A program made the translations under genes and the position numbers. Shown piece after piece: positions 1 to 10,362 of a stretch of 64,000 bases of DNA (position 1 is the stretch's first letter; each line of letters opens with the position of its first letter). The notes below the pieces were generated by a model. It did not search any database and was not told the DNA's origin. It saw nothing but the letters and a program-made list of their open reading frames with translations. The stretch comes from Promethearchaeota archaeon (lineage in GTDB: Archaea; Asgardarchaeota; Lokiarchaeia; Sigyniarchaeales; SOKP01), in contig JAEOSU010000038.1 in the NCBI GenBank assembly GCA_016840165.1, forward strand, positions 25,816-89,815. The letters run 5' to 3'.

Positions 1-2
1 TA

Positions 3-491
3 TTTTGGATTTGGAATAATTTTTGTTTTCCATGGGCGTCAAATCTCGCATTTAAGCTATGTGATATGAGAGTAGATTATAAAAGTACACTTTTTGATGG
101 GTGGAGCGATTTAGAATTTATATATTATGGCAATAATATGATGATTGGGCAAGGTGCTGTAGTATTATCGAGTGTAATAATCAGAATTGATAATATTGAC
201 TACCTGTTTATAAAAAAAGTAATTATTGGTGACCATGTTGTATTAGGAGGGCATTCGATTGTTGCTCCTGGGACTATCATAGGAAAAGGGACTACTTTAG
301 GGATTTGGGCCGTAACACATATCGGTCAGAGATTAGAACCAAATTACATTTATATTGGGAAACCTGCCCGTAAGTATCAACCAACGGATAAAGCCCGGGA
401 GGAAAGTAAAAAAGTTCTAATTCGAAGATTAGTTGATACAGGGGAAAGGATTCCTTTTGATATTAAATCTCTTGAAAAAGATTCAGATTAG
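3..491 (+). CDS. Hexapeptide-repeat (left-handed beta-helix) acyltransferase-like protein, 5' partial
   Basis: Frame is open from base 3; hexapeptide repeats IIGDHVVLGGHSIVAPGTIIGKGTTLG and C-terminal YIGKPAR. Confidence 0.75.
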   Translation, partial: FWIWNNFCFPWASNLAFKLCDMRVDYKSTLFDGWSDLEFIYYGNNMMIGQGAVVLSSVIIRIDNIDYLFIKKVIIGDHVVLGGHSIVAPGTIIGKGTTLGIWAVTHIGQRLEPNYIYIGKPARKYQPTDKAREESKKVLIRRLVDTGERIPFDIKSLEKDSD

Positions 492-508
492 AATTAATAT
501 TAATAGTA

Positions 509-1216
509 TTATTCTATTTTAAAATAACTTTTAGCTTTTTTATGTTTAAACCATATTATGGATATTGAAGCGATTATTGTGGCAAATAAAAAAAAATTAC
601 CAAAGGGAACAACCACCACGACTTCTGATTCTACTAATTCCCATCGAAATATAGTGGTCTTATTAGTGATCTTTTCGATAAGTGTGGAAATGCCATTTGA
701 GTTATAGGTGATTTCCACGGTAGTGGTATTTTGATAATCTAAGAGGAGCGTAGAATTAATGAACGAATAATTAAGAGGTCCTGAGCTTTCAAGAGCATCA
801 CCAATCAAAGTTAAATTCACTGGTGTAGGAACAATAAGAGGTAAGGCATCTTGATATGCAATTTCTGACCAATTAAGATAATTTTGTGAAAAATTATATG
901 CCATATAAAACGTGTTTTCTTTTTCATAAATCCATACGAAATTGTGATAATAAGCTAAGGTATAATTTACAATGAGACAATTGGGTCCATCAGACCAAGT
1001 ATCATTATATATGTCAGTAACCGTGAACCTTATATAGGGAAAACCAGTATAAGGAGATTCAGTAGCATTTAAAGTCTCCCAACGTAGACTCTCTCCCTGT
1101 TCTAATGGAAATGTTGAGTCATAAATCGTAATTTGGCCGAGAGAAAGGGGACTAATGCCAATTCTTATTAAGAGGGTAAAGATCAAGGCTATAGTGATAA
1201 ATTTCCAAGTTCTCAT
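509..1216 (-). CDS. Secreted/surface protein with C-terminal membrane anchor (Loki-CTERM-like)
   Basis: N-terminal signal peptide, many N-x-S/T sequons, C-terminal VPFG + TM + basic tail. Confidence 0.65.
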   Translation of the reverse strand: MRTWKFITIALIFTLLIRIGISPLSLGQITIYDSTFPLEQGESLRWETLNATESPYTGFPYIRFTVTDIYNDTWSDGPNCLIVNYTLAYYHNFVWIYEKENTFYMAYNFSQNYLNWSEIAYQDALPLIVPTPVNLTLIGDALESSGPLNYSFINSTLLLDYQNTTTVEITYNSNGISTLIEKITNKTTIFRWELVESEVVVVVPFGNFFLFATIIASISIIWFKHKKAKSYFKIE

Positions 1217-1373
1217 AATAAACTAAAATATAATTATAATTTGATTTTTTTAAGTCTATCTGATTGTAATAATCATATCAATATATTACTTTTAAATCTA
1301 AACATATTTAATCCCAACAAATTAATTATCAGATATATTATGTTAAGAAAGAAAAAAAAGGTAAATTATGATT

Positions 1374-2777
1374 TTACATTCGTTCCATTTCTTGTAGCTT
1401 TTTATGCTTTTTATCATGGAGAATAAGGATCTCTTTTCTAATATTGTCCCAGTACTCTCCTCTTATCGGATAGAATTTGAGTATCAACGCGGATAATAGC
1501 AGTGCTATTCCAGGAATAAGTAATGTGAATGATCGAATAGATAAAAATGCTTCAAATGGTTGGTTGAGATTAGGTGGGTTATTTCCAACTCTAGGTATAA
1601 ATCCGGATAAGTTAAGTAATAATGTAGGTATAATAATAGCTATACTTTGTGCTGGTTTAGTTACTAAAGCATTAATTCCGAAAAAAGCTGCTTCTCGACG
1701 TACGCCAGTCTTTAGCTCATCTTCATCAATAGTTTGAGCAAATAATAGATCGTTAAAAATTAATGGTCCAACGAAACCAATTCCCGCAATAAGTAAACAA
1801 ATATAGACAGATTCAGCTAATAAATATGAGAAGAAGAACGCAGCAATTAAGCTTACCCCACCAATAACTAAAAGAATTTGATCACTTTTCACCACACCCC
1901 ATTTTTTAGCCAATCGAGGTGTAAACCATATTCCGATTAACAGAGGAATGAAAATAAAAACCAATAGAATCAAAGATGATTGTTGAACGATATAGTCTGC
2001 TAACCAGAATACCGCACTAAGAATACTGGACTGAAAGAATATTACCATAAAGTTTGCCGTTATAAGAATAAGAAAGGATTTACTTTTGAAGGTGTATTTT
2101 AAAGCTTCAATTAATCCAAGAGGTTCATCTACTTTAGTAAATTCAGGTCGTTCTTTAAACTTATAGGTAGTAATGATTATTGCTATCGATCCAATTATAC
2201 CTACTACTATCATTGAGATAAGTAGTAATTCCCTTGAGATATTACGAAATAGTTCTGGTATAATAAATCCTAAAATCATCCCTATTAGGTTAAAGAAAGA
2301 AGCAAAAACTTTTAATTTATTTCTCTCGGGTTCATCCTCCGTTATCTCTGGTAGAAGAGCAGAATAAACAAGAAATACTATTGTATATGCTGTATCATAA
2401 AGACAAGTAGTAATCACCATCCAAATAAAAACCGCCCAAACCCCACTAGTTATATCGGGTGAGAACCAAATTAAAACGAAAGTCAATCCTAAAAATGGAG
2501 CTGTATATCGCATGAATGGTATACGTCTTCCTTTTCGCGCTCTCGAGCGATCTGAGAGAATACCAAATATTGGATCATTAAATGCGTTAACTAATAGAAA
2601 TATGATTTGAATATAAAATACAACTATTCCTTCACTTGAAAGTCCTAGATAATCATTATAGAAGATATTTATTAATGCCGCATAAATTCCATTTATTAAA
2701 GCCCCTCCAAAACTCGCAGATGCCCAATAAGCTCGCTCTTTTGGTGAGAATTTTGGTGCTTCTAATGTTGTTTCCAT
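1374..2777 (-). CDS. MFS transporter, glycoside-pentoside-hexuronide (MelB-like) family
   Basis: ~12 TM; NDPIFGILSDRSRARKGRRIPF and IDEDELKTGVRREA motifs. Confidence 0.9.
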   Translation of the reverse strand: METTLEAPKFSPKERAYWASASFGGALINGIYAALINIFYNDYLGLSSEGIVVFYIQIIFLLVNAFNDPIFGILSDRSRARKGRRIPFMRYTAPFLGLTFVLIWFSPDITSGVWAVFIWMVITTCLYDTAYTIVFLVYSALLPEITEDEPERNKLKVFASFFNLIGMILGFIIPELFRNISRELLLISMIVVGIIGSIAIIITTYKFKERPEFTKVDEPLGLIEALKYTFKSKSFLILITANFMVIFFQSSILSAVFWLADYIVQQSSLILLVFIFIPLLIGIWFTPRLAKKWGVVKSDQILLVIGGVSLIAAFFFSYLLAESVYICLLIAGIGFVGPLIFNDLLFAQTIDEDELKTGVRREAAFFGINALVTKPAQSIAIIIPTLLLNLSGFIPRVGNNPPNLNQPFEAFLSIRSFTLLIPGIALLLSALILKFYPIRGEYWDNIRKEILILHDKKHKKLQEMERM

Positions 2778-2954
2778 TTTATTATCTCACTTTTTTTATA
2801 AATTATTGTATGGATTATTATTTGAGTTTTGAACTTTAAAAGATTTTCTTTTATAAAATCAACTACTAGCTTATCTATATATGATATAGTAAAATTATTT
2901 AATTTAATAAGAGTTAATTGATCTTAACAATAATTTTTAGATGATTAATGAAGA

Positions 2955-3701
2955 ATGAAGAAACTCGTCTTATTACGGCATGGAGAGAGTATCTGGAATA
3001 AAGAGAATAGGTTTACAGGATGGACTGATGTTGATTTATCAGAAAAAGGTATTGAGGAAGCAAAAAAAGCAGGAAGGATACTCAAAAAAGAAGGATATAC
3101 TTTTGATGTTGCTTATACTTCAGTATTAAAACGAGGAATACGAACATTATGGATTGTACTAGATGAGATGGATTTGATGTGGATCCCAGTCTATCGATCT
3201 TGGAGGCTTAATGAACGCCATTACGGTGCATTACAAGGCCTCAATAAAAAAGAATTAGCGGAAAAAATTGGTGAAGACGAAGTACAAATTCTTAGAAGGA
3301 GTTATGATGTTCCTCCACCACCACTTAAAACCTCTGATCCACGTTATCCTGGAAATGATCCACGATATGCAGATCTTAGTCGACAAGAAATTCCTTTGAC
3401 TGAATGTCTAAAGGATACTGTTGAGCGATTTTTACCCTATTGGCAGGAAGTTATTGTCCCTACTATCAAAGAGGGTAAAAAGGTATTAATATCGGCTCAT
3501 GGAAACAGTCTTCGTGCTCTTGTAAAATATTTGGATAATATGACGGAAGATAAGATTATTAAACTCAACATTCCTACCGGAATTCCACTTATTTATGAAT
3601 TAAATGATGACGATCTTAAACCAATTAGACATTATTACCTTGGAGATCCAGAAGAAATAGAACAGGCAATATCCTCAGTAGAAGATCAAGGAAAAGCATG
3701 A
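2955..3701 (+). CDS. gpmA: 2,3-bisphosphoglycerate-dependent phosphoglycerate mutase
   Basis: [38 protein letters not shown] motifs. Confidence 0.97.
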   Translation: MKKLVLLRHGESIWNKENRFTGWTDVDLSEKGIEEAKKAGRILKKEGYTFDVAYTSVLKRGIRTLWIVLDEMDLMWIPVYRSWRLNERHYGALQGLNKKELAEKIGEDEVQILRRSYDVPPPPLKTSDPRYPGNDPRYADLSRQEIPLTECLKDTVERFLPYWQEVIVPTIKEGKKVLISAHGNSLRALVKYLDNMTEDKIIKLNIPTGIPLIYELNDDDLKPIRHYYLGDPEEIEQAISSVEDQGKA

Positions 3702-3737
3702 TAATAACCAACTAGAAACGAAAACGGATTAAAAATA

Positions 3738-4523
3738 ATGAATGTGAAAAAAATAATTAATAATCCAGCCATTTCAAGAACAATATTTTATCCTAGAAAA
3801 GTTCCAATTCCAAGCAACTTAGAATCAAATATTAAACCTTTTGATTTGAAAATAGGATCAAATATAATAATTGGGGGTTATTTTTTTTTGAATGATAACA
3901 CTCTCCCCTCTATATTACTCTTTCATGGAAATGGTGAAGTTGCATTGGAATACTCCTACTTTGCCCCGATGTTTTTTAATTGTGGTGTAAACTTAGCTGT
4001 GGCAGACTTTAGAGGCTATGGTCATAGTAATGATCAGCCTTCTTATACAAGCTTAATTGATGATGCTGTTTTAATCTATAAGAAATTTCAAAATTGGTTA
4101 GATAGTGGTTCATACAACCCCAAAACTTTTGTCTTTGGTAGATCATTAGGAAGTATATGTGCCGCAGAAATTGGCTCAAAAGAGTTAGATCATCTGAGAG
4201 GAATAATTTTTGAAAGCGGATTCGCAAGTACTTATAATCTGATCAAACATTTTGGAATAGATATCCCAACCCTTACACCAGATTTAATAAGTCCTTATTC
4301 AAACGATACTCGAATCCGAAAATTTCATTATCCCACATTAATAATTCATGGCACTTCTGATTTTATCATTCCAACTTCGGAGGGGGAATTAATTTATAAA
4401 AATTTACCTAATGACGTTGAAAAGCAGCTTATTTTAATTGAGGGTGCCACACATAACAATATTATTACATTTAAAGAGGAATATTTTGAACCTCTAAAGA
4501 AATTTATCCATAAATATATGTAA
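3738..4523 (+). CDS. Alpha/beta hydrolase (ABHD13/17-like)
   Basis: FHGNGE, DFRGYG, GRSLGS nucleophile elbow, IHGTSD, ATHN. Confidence 0.9.
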   Translation: MNVKKIINNPAISRTIFYPRKVPIPSNLESNIKPFDLKIGSNIIIGGYFFLNDNTLPSILLFHGNGEVALEYSYFAPMFFNCGVNLAVADFRGYGHSNDQPSYTSLIDDAVLIYKKFQNWLDSGSYNPKTFVFGRSLGSICAAEIGSKELDHLRGIIFESGFASTYNLIKHFGIDIPTLTPDLISPYSNDTRIRKFHYPTLIIHGTSDFIIPTSEGELIYKNLPNDVEKQLILIEGATHNNIITFKEEYFEPLKKFIHKYM

Positions 4524-4667
4524 AAAGCCTAATTTTGAATTCTTCATTTTGGATTTTTAGTTTATTTATTTATTAATTGTCTTATGGGAGAAACATTTAT
4601 ATATAAGAGCAAATAGCTTATTGTAACTCGAAATCTAATTAAATAATATATAAAGTGATCAATTAAA

Positions 4668-5063
4668 ATGGCAGGACAAATCTCTAAACAATTAAAAATA
4701 TTGTTTCTTGTACATTTTTTTGTATGCATCATTCTGGGATTAGTCTTTTTAATCTTTGTTGAATCATTTACAGATTTAATTCAATGGCCTAATGTAGATC
4801 CGGTGGCTGGGCGATTACTAGGTGCTTCGTTGTTAGCATTTTCTACAAGCTCCCTACTTGCATGGAGAGAAACAGAATGGTTGAAAGTGAAACTCATTGT
4901 CCAGATGGAAATAGTATGGTGTGCTGTTGGATCTATAGTGCTTTTAATATGTGTTTTCACGCCCATTTTTTTACTCCCCTTTTTCACATGGGTGTTCATC
5001 GTTCTACTTCTATTTTTCCTTATTGTATTCGTCTGGTTCTACTTTCAACAAGAAAAGGATTAA
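4668..5063 (+). CDS. Small 4-TM membrane protein, unknown function
   Basis: Four hydrophobic segments; ATG start after a TATA-like element. Confidence 0.7.
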   Translation: MAGQISKQLKILFLVHFFVCIILGLVFLIFVESFTDLIQWPNVDPVAGRLLGASLLAFSTSSLLAWRETEWLKVKLIVQMEIVWCAVGSIVLLICVFTPIFLLPFFTWVFIVLLLFFLIVFVWFYFQQEKD

Positions 5064-5226
5064 TTTGACTTAAAATTTAATAAATTTTTTTATTTTTTTC
5101 CTTTAATATCCTTTTTTCGATTATATTAATCATTGGACTAAGAATCCTTTTAGTACTAAATAACATTTTGAAATCTTGAACAAGAATAAGATCAGTATGA
5201 AATTAAAAGGGAGTTGATATGATAAA

Positions 5227-5511
5227 ATGAATTACTGCCCCAATTGTGGAGCTAACTTGAAACATTTTGTAAATTTAGAACCAAATTTTTGTCCTAAGTG
5301 TGGAGTTAGATTAATAAAAAAAAATAAATACTGCTCAATTCGCATTCAATGTGCAATTTGCCATGAATATGTAGAAATTAATGCGAAAAAAATTATCTGT
5401 TCTTATTGTGGGAGCTCCTTCCATGAATCATGTGTTCGTAGATGGATTTTACAACATAATTCTTGTCCTTTATGTCAAAATATATATATTATTCCCAAAT
5501 CTAAAAGCTAA
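5227..5511 (+). CDS. Zinc-ribbon + RING-type zinc finger protein (putative E3 ligase)
   Basis: CPNC...CPKC ribbon, then CAIC-x12-CSYC-x4-H-x2-C-x3-W-x6-CPLC. Confidence 0.8.
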   Translation: MNYCPNCGANLKHFVNLEPNFCPKCGVRLIKKNKYCSIRIQCAICHEYVEINAKKIICSYCGSSFHESCVRRWILQHNSCPLCQNIYIIPKSKS

Positions 5512-5560
5512 GTTCCTTAAGATTTCAAATTCTATTTTCTTTAAATAATACCTAATTCTA

Positions 5561-6028
5561 TTAGATAAAAAAACCCTTAACAATTAGAATTGCCCCAATA
5601 TTTATTAAAATTAGTGCAACGCTTTCAATTGCTATTAGATCGATAATTCCTCCAATTAAATTGACAATGAGTCCTATAACTACTATAATTATCCCTAAAA
5701 AAAACCATTGTATTCTTCTTTTAGTTTCTCCTTCTGTTTTTCCAGTAATGATTGCATATTTGTATAAGACATAGATAAGCAATCCTACTCTGCTTATATT
5801 TACAAATGCATGCCAAATATCAGGAGTTATTGTATTGATAACTCCCTGTTCATATAACACTGGATCTGGATATGGTCTCCAGATAAAGTATCCGAAACTT
5901 AAAATTACCAAGATAATTATCATAATTCCTAAATATTTTAGATTTAATGCCACTTTTTGGGATTTTTCCAATATAAGAACAGTCATTATCAGAGAGATAG
6001 AGACGTTCCGTGAAGCAAAATTAACCAA
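5561..6028 (-). pseudogene. C-terminal fragment of a multi-TM membrane protein (paralogue family of 9490-10206), 5' truncated
   Basis: GETKRRIQWFFLG matches GELKRKFLYLSLG of 9490-10206; in-frame stop 8 codons upstream of the TTG; overlaps the opposite-strand ORF. Confidence 0.55.
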
Positions 6029-7541
6029 TAAAATCTTTGATTTAATCCCAAATTATGATCTATGTATAGTAATTCATTCAAAGGAACATCCATTATTGTA
6101 TTACCAAACAGCAATTGCTAAAGCTGCGGGCAAACCTCTTATTTTTTTGAAGGCAAAAGCAGAATCTTTATCATTCCATCTCAATCAAGAATTCAAGGTA
6201 GATTATGATCCTAACGATTTATCTGAAGAAAATGTTGAGGATATTATTAAAAATCTAATTACTAGAGTCAAAGATATTGAAATGAATGATTGGGAGGCTC
6301 TCCAACCATTTAGTTTTGAAAAGGTTCAGAAAATTAAAGATTCAATAAAAAATAATGGAATAAAAAAATGTTCCGTAATTGGACCTTTTGGGCAGGAAGG
6401 ATCAGAGATCAAGGAACATATTAACAGCGTAATTGACTATATAATTAAGCCAGGATTGAAAAAATTTGGTTTAATTCCATTTACAATTAATGATTTACTG
6501 TCAACTCTTGCTTCATCGAAACCAGGGTTACTTTCTGAGCGAAAGTCTAGATTACTATCTGAAGATACCCTTAGATTATTATCAGGACAAGTTTATAAAG
6601 CAATTTTAACAACTAATCTATGCATTGCGATCTTAACCTTCCCAGATCCATCCGTATTTTATGAATTAGGTATGGCACATTTTGAATCTCGTCCAGTTAT
6701 TAAATTAATGGATAAAGAGACCTATAAAAATTATCCTTTTGTTCTACGAAAAAAGAAAGATCTTATTCTCTACAATTATCAATATTTATCGCTAGAAAGC
6801 ATCTTTTATGACAAAACTTACACAAAACAGATTGTTAATTATATTAAGGACTTAGAAGCTAAAGACTGGAGAGTTGAGAATTTTCGATTTAAAGATCTCG
6901 TTATAAAAAATGAATTTAAGAAATATATTAAGAATATAATAGCAAAAACACATAGAGAAATAAAGTTTGACAGTTTGGTTTACAAAACAGGTTTAGAACC
7001 TTATATAGTTGAAAAATTGGTTGAGAAAATGATCCTCAAGAGAGAACTAAATGCTGAAATCATTAAAAATAAAGTAATTTTCAGACAATCTGATGTTAAT
7101 TCTGTTAGTTCAGCTCCTACTATATTGAATAGCAAAAAGTTTTTAATTTTCATTAGCTACGCAACTAAAGATGCTGATTGGTTTAAAATCAGAGAAGTTT
7201 CAAAAGTATTAACTTCCTATAATGAGATAGAAAATGTTCTTTATTGGCAAGAAGATATGAAAGATAATATTTTTGAATATATGGATCTGAATTTAGGTAA
7301 ATGTGATGTTATGCTCTTGTTTTGTTCTCCTAATGCTTTAAAATCAAAACCAGTAATAAAAGAATGGACGGCAGCTGACAGCATGGAAATACCAATCATT
7401 CCCATATTTTTCAGTCCGGACCATATACCCCCACTTTTAAAGTCTAGGTTAGGCGTTCAATTTATCCCTTTTGAGTTTGAAGAGAATGTAAATAAAATTT
7501 ATAAATTAATTATTAAAAAATGTGAACAAAACAGTCAGTAA
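5835..7541 (+). CDS. Tandem nucleoside-deoxyribosyltransferase-like domains + PCI-like winged helix + C-terminal TIR domain; probably 5' truncated (genuine coding from ~6015)
   Basis: Repeats DLCIVI..HPLLYYQTAIA..GKPLI and NLCIAI..DPSVFYELGMA..SRPVI; TIR motifs IFISYATKD, DVMLLFCSPNALKSKPVIKEW, PIIPIF. Confidence 0.7.
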   Translation: MITPCSYNTGSGYGLQIKYPKLKITKIIIIIPKYFRFNATFWDFSNIRTVIIREIETFREAKLTNKIFDLIPNYDLCIVIHSKEHPLLYYQTAIAKAAGKPLIFLKAKAESLSFHLNQEFKVDYDPNDLSEENVEDIIKNLITRVKDIEMNDWEALQPFSFEKVQKIKDSIKNNGIKKCSVIGPFGQEGSEIKEHINSVIDYIIKPGLKKFGLIPFTINDLLSTLASSKPGLLSERKSRLLSEDTLRLLSGQVYKAILTTNLCIAILTFPDPSVFYELGMAHFESRPVIKLMDKETYKNYPFVLRKKKDLILYNYQYLSLESIFYDKTYTKQIVNYIKDLEAKDWRVENFRFKDLVIKNEFKKYIKNIIAKTHREIKFDSLVYKTGLEPYIVEKLVEKMILKRELNAEIIKNKVIFRQSDVNSVSSAPTILNSKKFLIFISYATKDADWFKIREVSKVLTSYNEIENVLYWQEDMKDNIFEYMDLNLGKCDVMLLFCSPNALKSKPVIKEWTAADSMEIPIIPIFFSPDHIPPLLKSRLGVQFIPFEFEENVNKIYKLIIKKCEQNSQ

Positions 7542-7567
7542 TTTAAAGAATAAAAATAAAAAAAAAT

Positions 7568-8209
7568 TTATTTCTTTCTTAACATTAGAATCCCGTTTTC
7601 GAAAAACCAAAACAAGTTAGCAAATAAGAACAGCCATTCTGCAAAACTTTGAAATTCGGGTGCTAATCCGGGATTCACCCGATTTAGGATAAGTAAGATC
7701 AAATACAAGATAAAAAAGGCAACAACAAGAATATTAAATAATACTTGCCATTTTGAAAAGATCTTTACCTTATTTTCTAAAATCGCATAACCAAAAAGAT
7801 ATAAAATCCCTGTAAAGAAGAATACCAATTCAAATATGAAATGATTTGTGTATGCTTCTTCTGTATTAAAAATTGACATCCCCATAATACCTACAGCGGA
7901 TAAAAAAGCAAGTATAAACAGTATCCACGTTCCTTTTTTTGCCAATCCCTTCTCTTGTAAATAAAGTGTAAATCCTAGCATAAAAAGGATGATAAAACAA
8001 GCTGTAATGAACCAAAAAACATTGAAAAAGATATATAATGAATTTGTTGGACCACCTAAATAACTAATATGGGTTTCGAAGAAATTAAAATTTGGATGTA
8101 CCACCATCGCAGGGACAAGTCCTATGAAAAAAACGAGTAAGCCGATAAAGGCAAAATAGCTAGCATTTATTTTGGTATAGATTTTATTAATTAATTCCAT
8201 ATTTCTCAC
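7568..8209 (-). CDS. Membrane protein, DUF998/Frag1-DRAM-like
   Basis: 6 TM; ISYLG motif after TM1, conserved H in NHFIF, C-terminal EW. Confidence 0.65.
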   Translation of the reverse strand: MRNMELINKIYTKINASYFAFIGLLVFFIGLVPAMVVHPNFNFFETHISYLGGPTNSLYIFFNVFWFITACFIILFMLGFTLYLQEKGLAKKGTWILFILAFLSAVGIMGMSIFNTEEAYTNHFIFELVFFFTGILYLFGYAILENKVKIFSKWQVLFNILVVAFFILYLILLILNRVNPGLAPEFQSFAEWLFLFANLFWFFENGILMLRKK

Positions 8210-8362
8210 TACTTTTGTAGTAAAGTTATTTTATAATTTGATATATCTTATTTCTTTAAAGTTGTATTTATATCTATAATATCCTTAATTAATTAATAGA
8301 TAGCAATCTCAAGAAAAAACAGTTTTGATAAAAGAATTAAAATAATTGAAATTTAGAAAAAG

Positions 8363-9253
8363 TTAAAGTAAGCTTCCTTTCGCAATAAGATAAACGTTTC
8401 CTCCTACCATGATATAGAATTTATTTTCCTTTTTATCAGCTCTAAGAAGAAGTAGTGAGTTTCTACCTATTTCATATCCTTGTTCCACTTTAATATCGAT
8501 ACTAGGTTTCCCAAAATATTCATGCCTTACCAAATAAGCAGCAAGGCATCCGGCAGCAGAACCAGTAGCAGGGTCTTCAGGAACTCCATAATAATCCGCG
8601 AAAAATCTAACATTAAGATCATTATTTTTATTATATGTTTCTGGACAAAATATCAGTATTGTTTTAGCTTCAATATTTTGAATTAATCTTTCATAGGGCT
8701 CAGTATTTATTTTGGCTCGTTTGACTGCATCTAAGGTTTTAAGAGGAACGATAATCGTCGGTACTCCGGTTGAAACTTCTTGAATATTAAATCGAGTATC
8801 AATATCTTCATCTTTAATTCCCAACACTTCAGCAAGGAATTCTGGAGCAAAGAATCCATGGAATGTGGGACTTTTATGTTCCATCCACACCTCATTGATT
8901 ATATCACCCTTGTATTTAAATAATACCGCAATAGATCCGAGCTTAACATTCAATGAAATTGTTTTTACTTTCTCTTTTATGAAAAACTTTTTAAGAATGT
9001 AAGCCGTACCGAGTATTGGATGACCAGCAAAACTTAATTCGGTGGTTGGAGTGAAAATCCTTACATCATAATTCTCAATAGAAGTGATAAATGTGGTTTC
9101 TGAATAGTTCATTTCCTTAGCGATTTTTTGCATCATTGTATCTGAAAGGATATCCTCAGAAATAACTACAGCGAGTTGATTTCCTTCATATTTATATTCC
9201 GCAAATACGTCTACAATATAGAATGTTAGCTCATTAGCTAGGATTTCTTTCAT
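8363..9253 (-). CDS. PhzF/diaminopimelate-epimerase-like family protein
   Basis: VDVF..GNQLAV, MNYSETTF, RIFTP..EL.FAGHP, EDPATGSA. Confidence 0.93.
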   Translation of the reverse strand: MKEILANELTFYIVDVFAEYKYEGNQLAVVISEDILSDTMMQKIAKEMNYSETTFITSIENYDVRIFTPTTELSFAGHPILGTAYILKKFFIKEKVKTISLNVKLGSIAVLFKYKGDIINEVWMEHKSPTFHGFFAPEFLAEVLGIKDEDIDTRFNIQEVSTGVPTIIVPLKTLDAVKRAKINTEPYERLIQNIEAKTILIFCPETYNKNNDLNVRFFADYYGVPEDPATGSAAGCLAAYLVRHEYFGKPSIDIKVEQGYEIGRNSLLLLRADKKENKFYIMVGGNVYLIAKGSLL

Positions 9254-9489
9254 TTGTTATCTCACAAATTTTGATATTAATTTACCTAAGTTTAATATAC
9301 ATTTATCCTATTTTAAATATTAAAGTTTGTTATCGTTAATTGCGCCTCTTTTTTTGGAAAAAAAATTTTTTAATTGAAAATATTTAAAAAAGCTTCCTAA
9401 ATAGTCAAAATCACTAAAAAATATTACTTTTATATAGATTTTAAGCTGATATAAAATAATAAAATAATAATATTTCAATTGTGATATAA

Positions 9490-10206
9490 ATGCTTTCCCC
9501 TATTGGTTGGCTTGATGGTCTAACTGCTTTGGCTGTTGTTCTTGCAGGAATAATTTTTGGACTTCTTAGTTTTTATAAGTCAATAAGATTAAAAGCAAAC
9601 CTTCTAAGTGTGACTGGATTAGCTACATTAAGCGTAGGATTTATATTACTGGGGCCTGCTATGGATTTATTAACGATTCTAATCACGGAAGATAATTTAG
9701 AACCCTTTTGGTTATATGGGTTACTTAGCTATAGTTGGACGGCTCCAATTGCAATATTTGGGCTATATATCGGTTCAGAACTCTTACTCCCAAAAAGGAA
9801 ATGGATAATTGTAGCATGTTATACTGGTTTAAGTATTATATTCGAAATAATTTTATTTGGTTTCTCATTAAATAATCCTGAAGTAATATTTCGTTATCCT
9901 GAGATTGATCCAAATGGAACGGAATTACTTAATACGAGTATTAATCCCACATCTATAGCTTTTATATTGATGTTAGTTTTTCTAATTTCTGGTCTCATTT
10001 TCAATGGTTTTGGCTTCTTAAGGAAGAGTCGTCAATCTTCTGGCGAATTAAAAAGAAAGTTCCTTTATCTTTCACTAGGATGGATTTTGTTTATAATCTG
10101 TGGAGCAGTAGACGGATTGGTCGATCCCGGGATATATACTTTCTTTATACGATTTGGCTTGATAATCAGTATAACATTCATGTATCTTGGTGTAAGAGTG
10201 AAGTAA
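9490..10206 (+). CDS. 7-TM membrane protein (sensor-like, no kinase domain)
   Basis: Seven hydrophobic helices; family motif G.LKRK. Confidence 0.65.
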   Translation: MLSPIGWLDGLTALAVVLAGIIFGLLSFYKSIRLKANLLSVTGLATLSVGFILLGPAMDLLTILITEDNLEPFWLYGLLSYSWTAPIAIFGLYIGSELLLPKRKWIIVACYTGLSIIFEIILFGFSLNNPEVIFRYPEIDPNGTELLNTSINPTSIAFILMLVFLISGLIFNGFGFLRKSRQSSGELKRKFLYLSLGWILFIICGAVDGLVDPGIYTFFIRFGLIISITFMYLGVRVK

Positions 10207-10362
10207 AGATTAAGAAATCTTTAAAAAAATTTTATTTTTTATTAAAAATTCCATTTTTTCATTACTTTTCAGTTTAAGCAAATTTAATAAATTTACATTG
10301 ATATTGTTATTTAATCAAATTGATTTCCAACAGAAGCACATTAGGATTAGGTTAGAAAAGCT

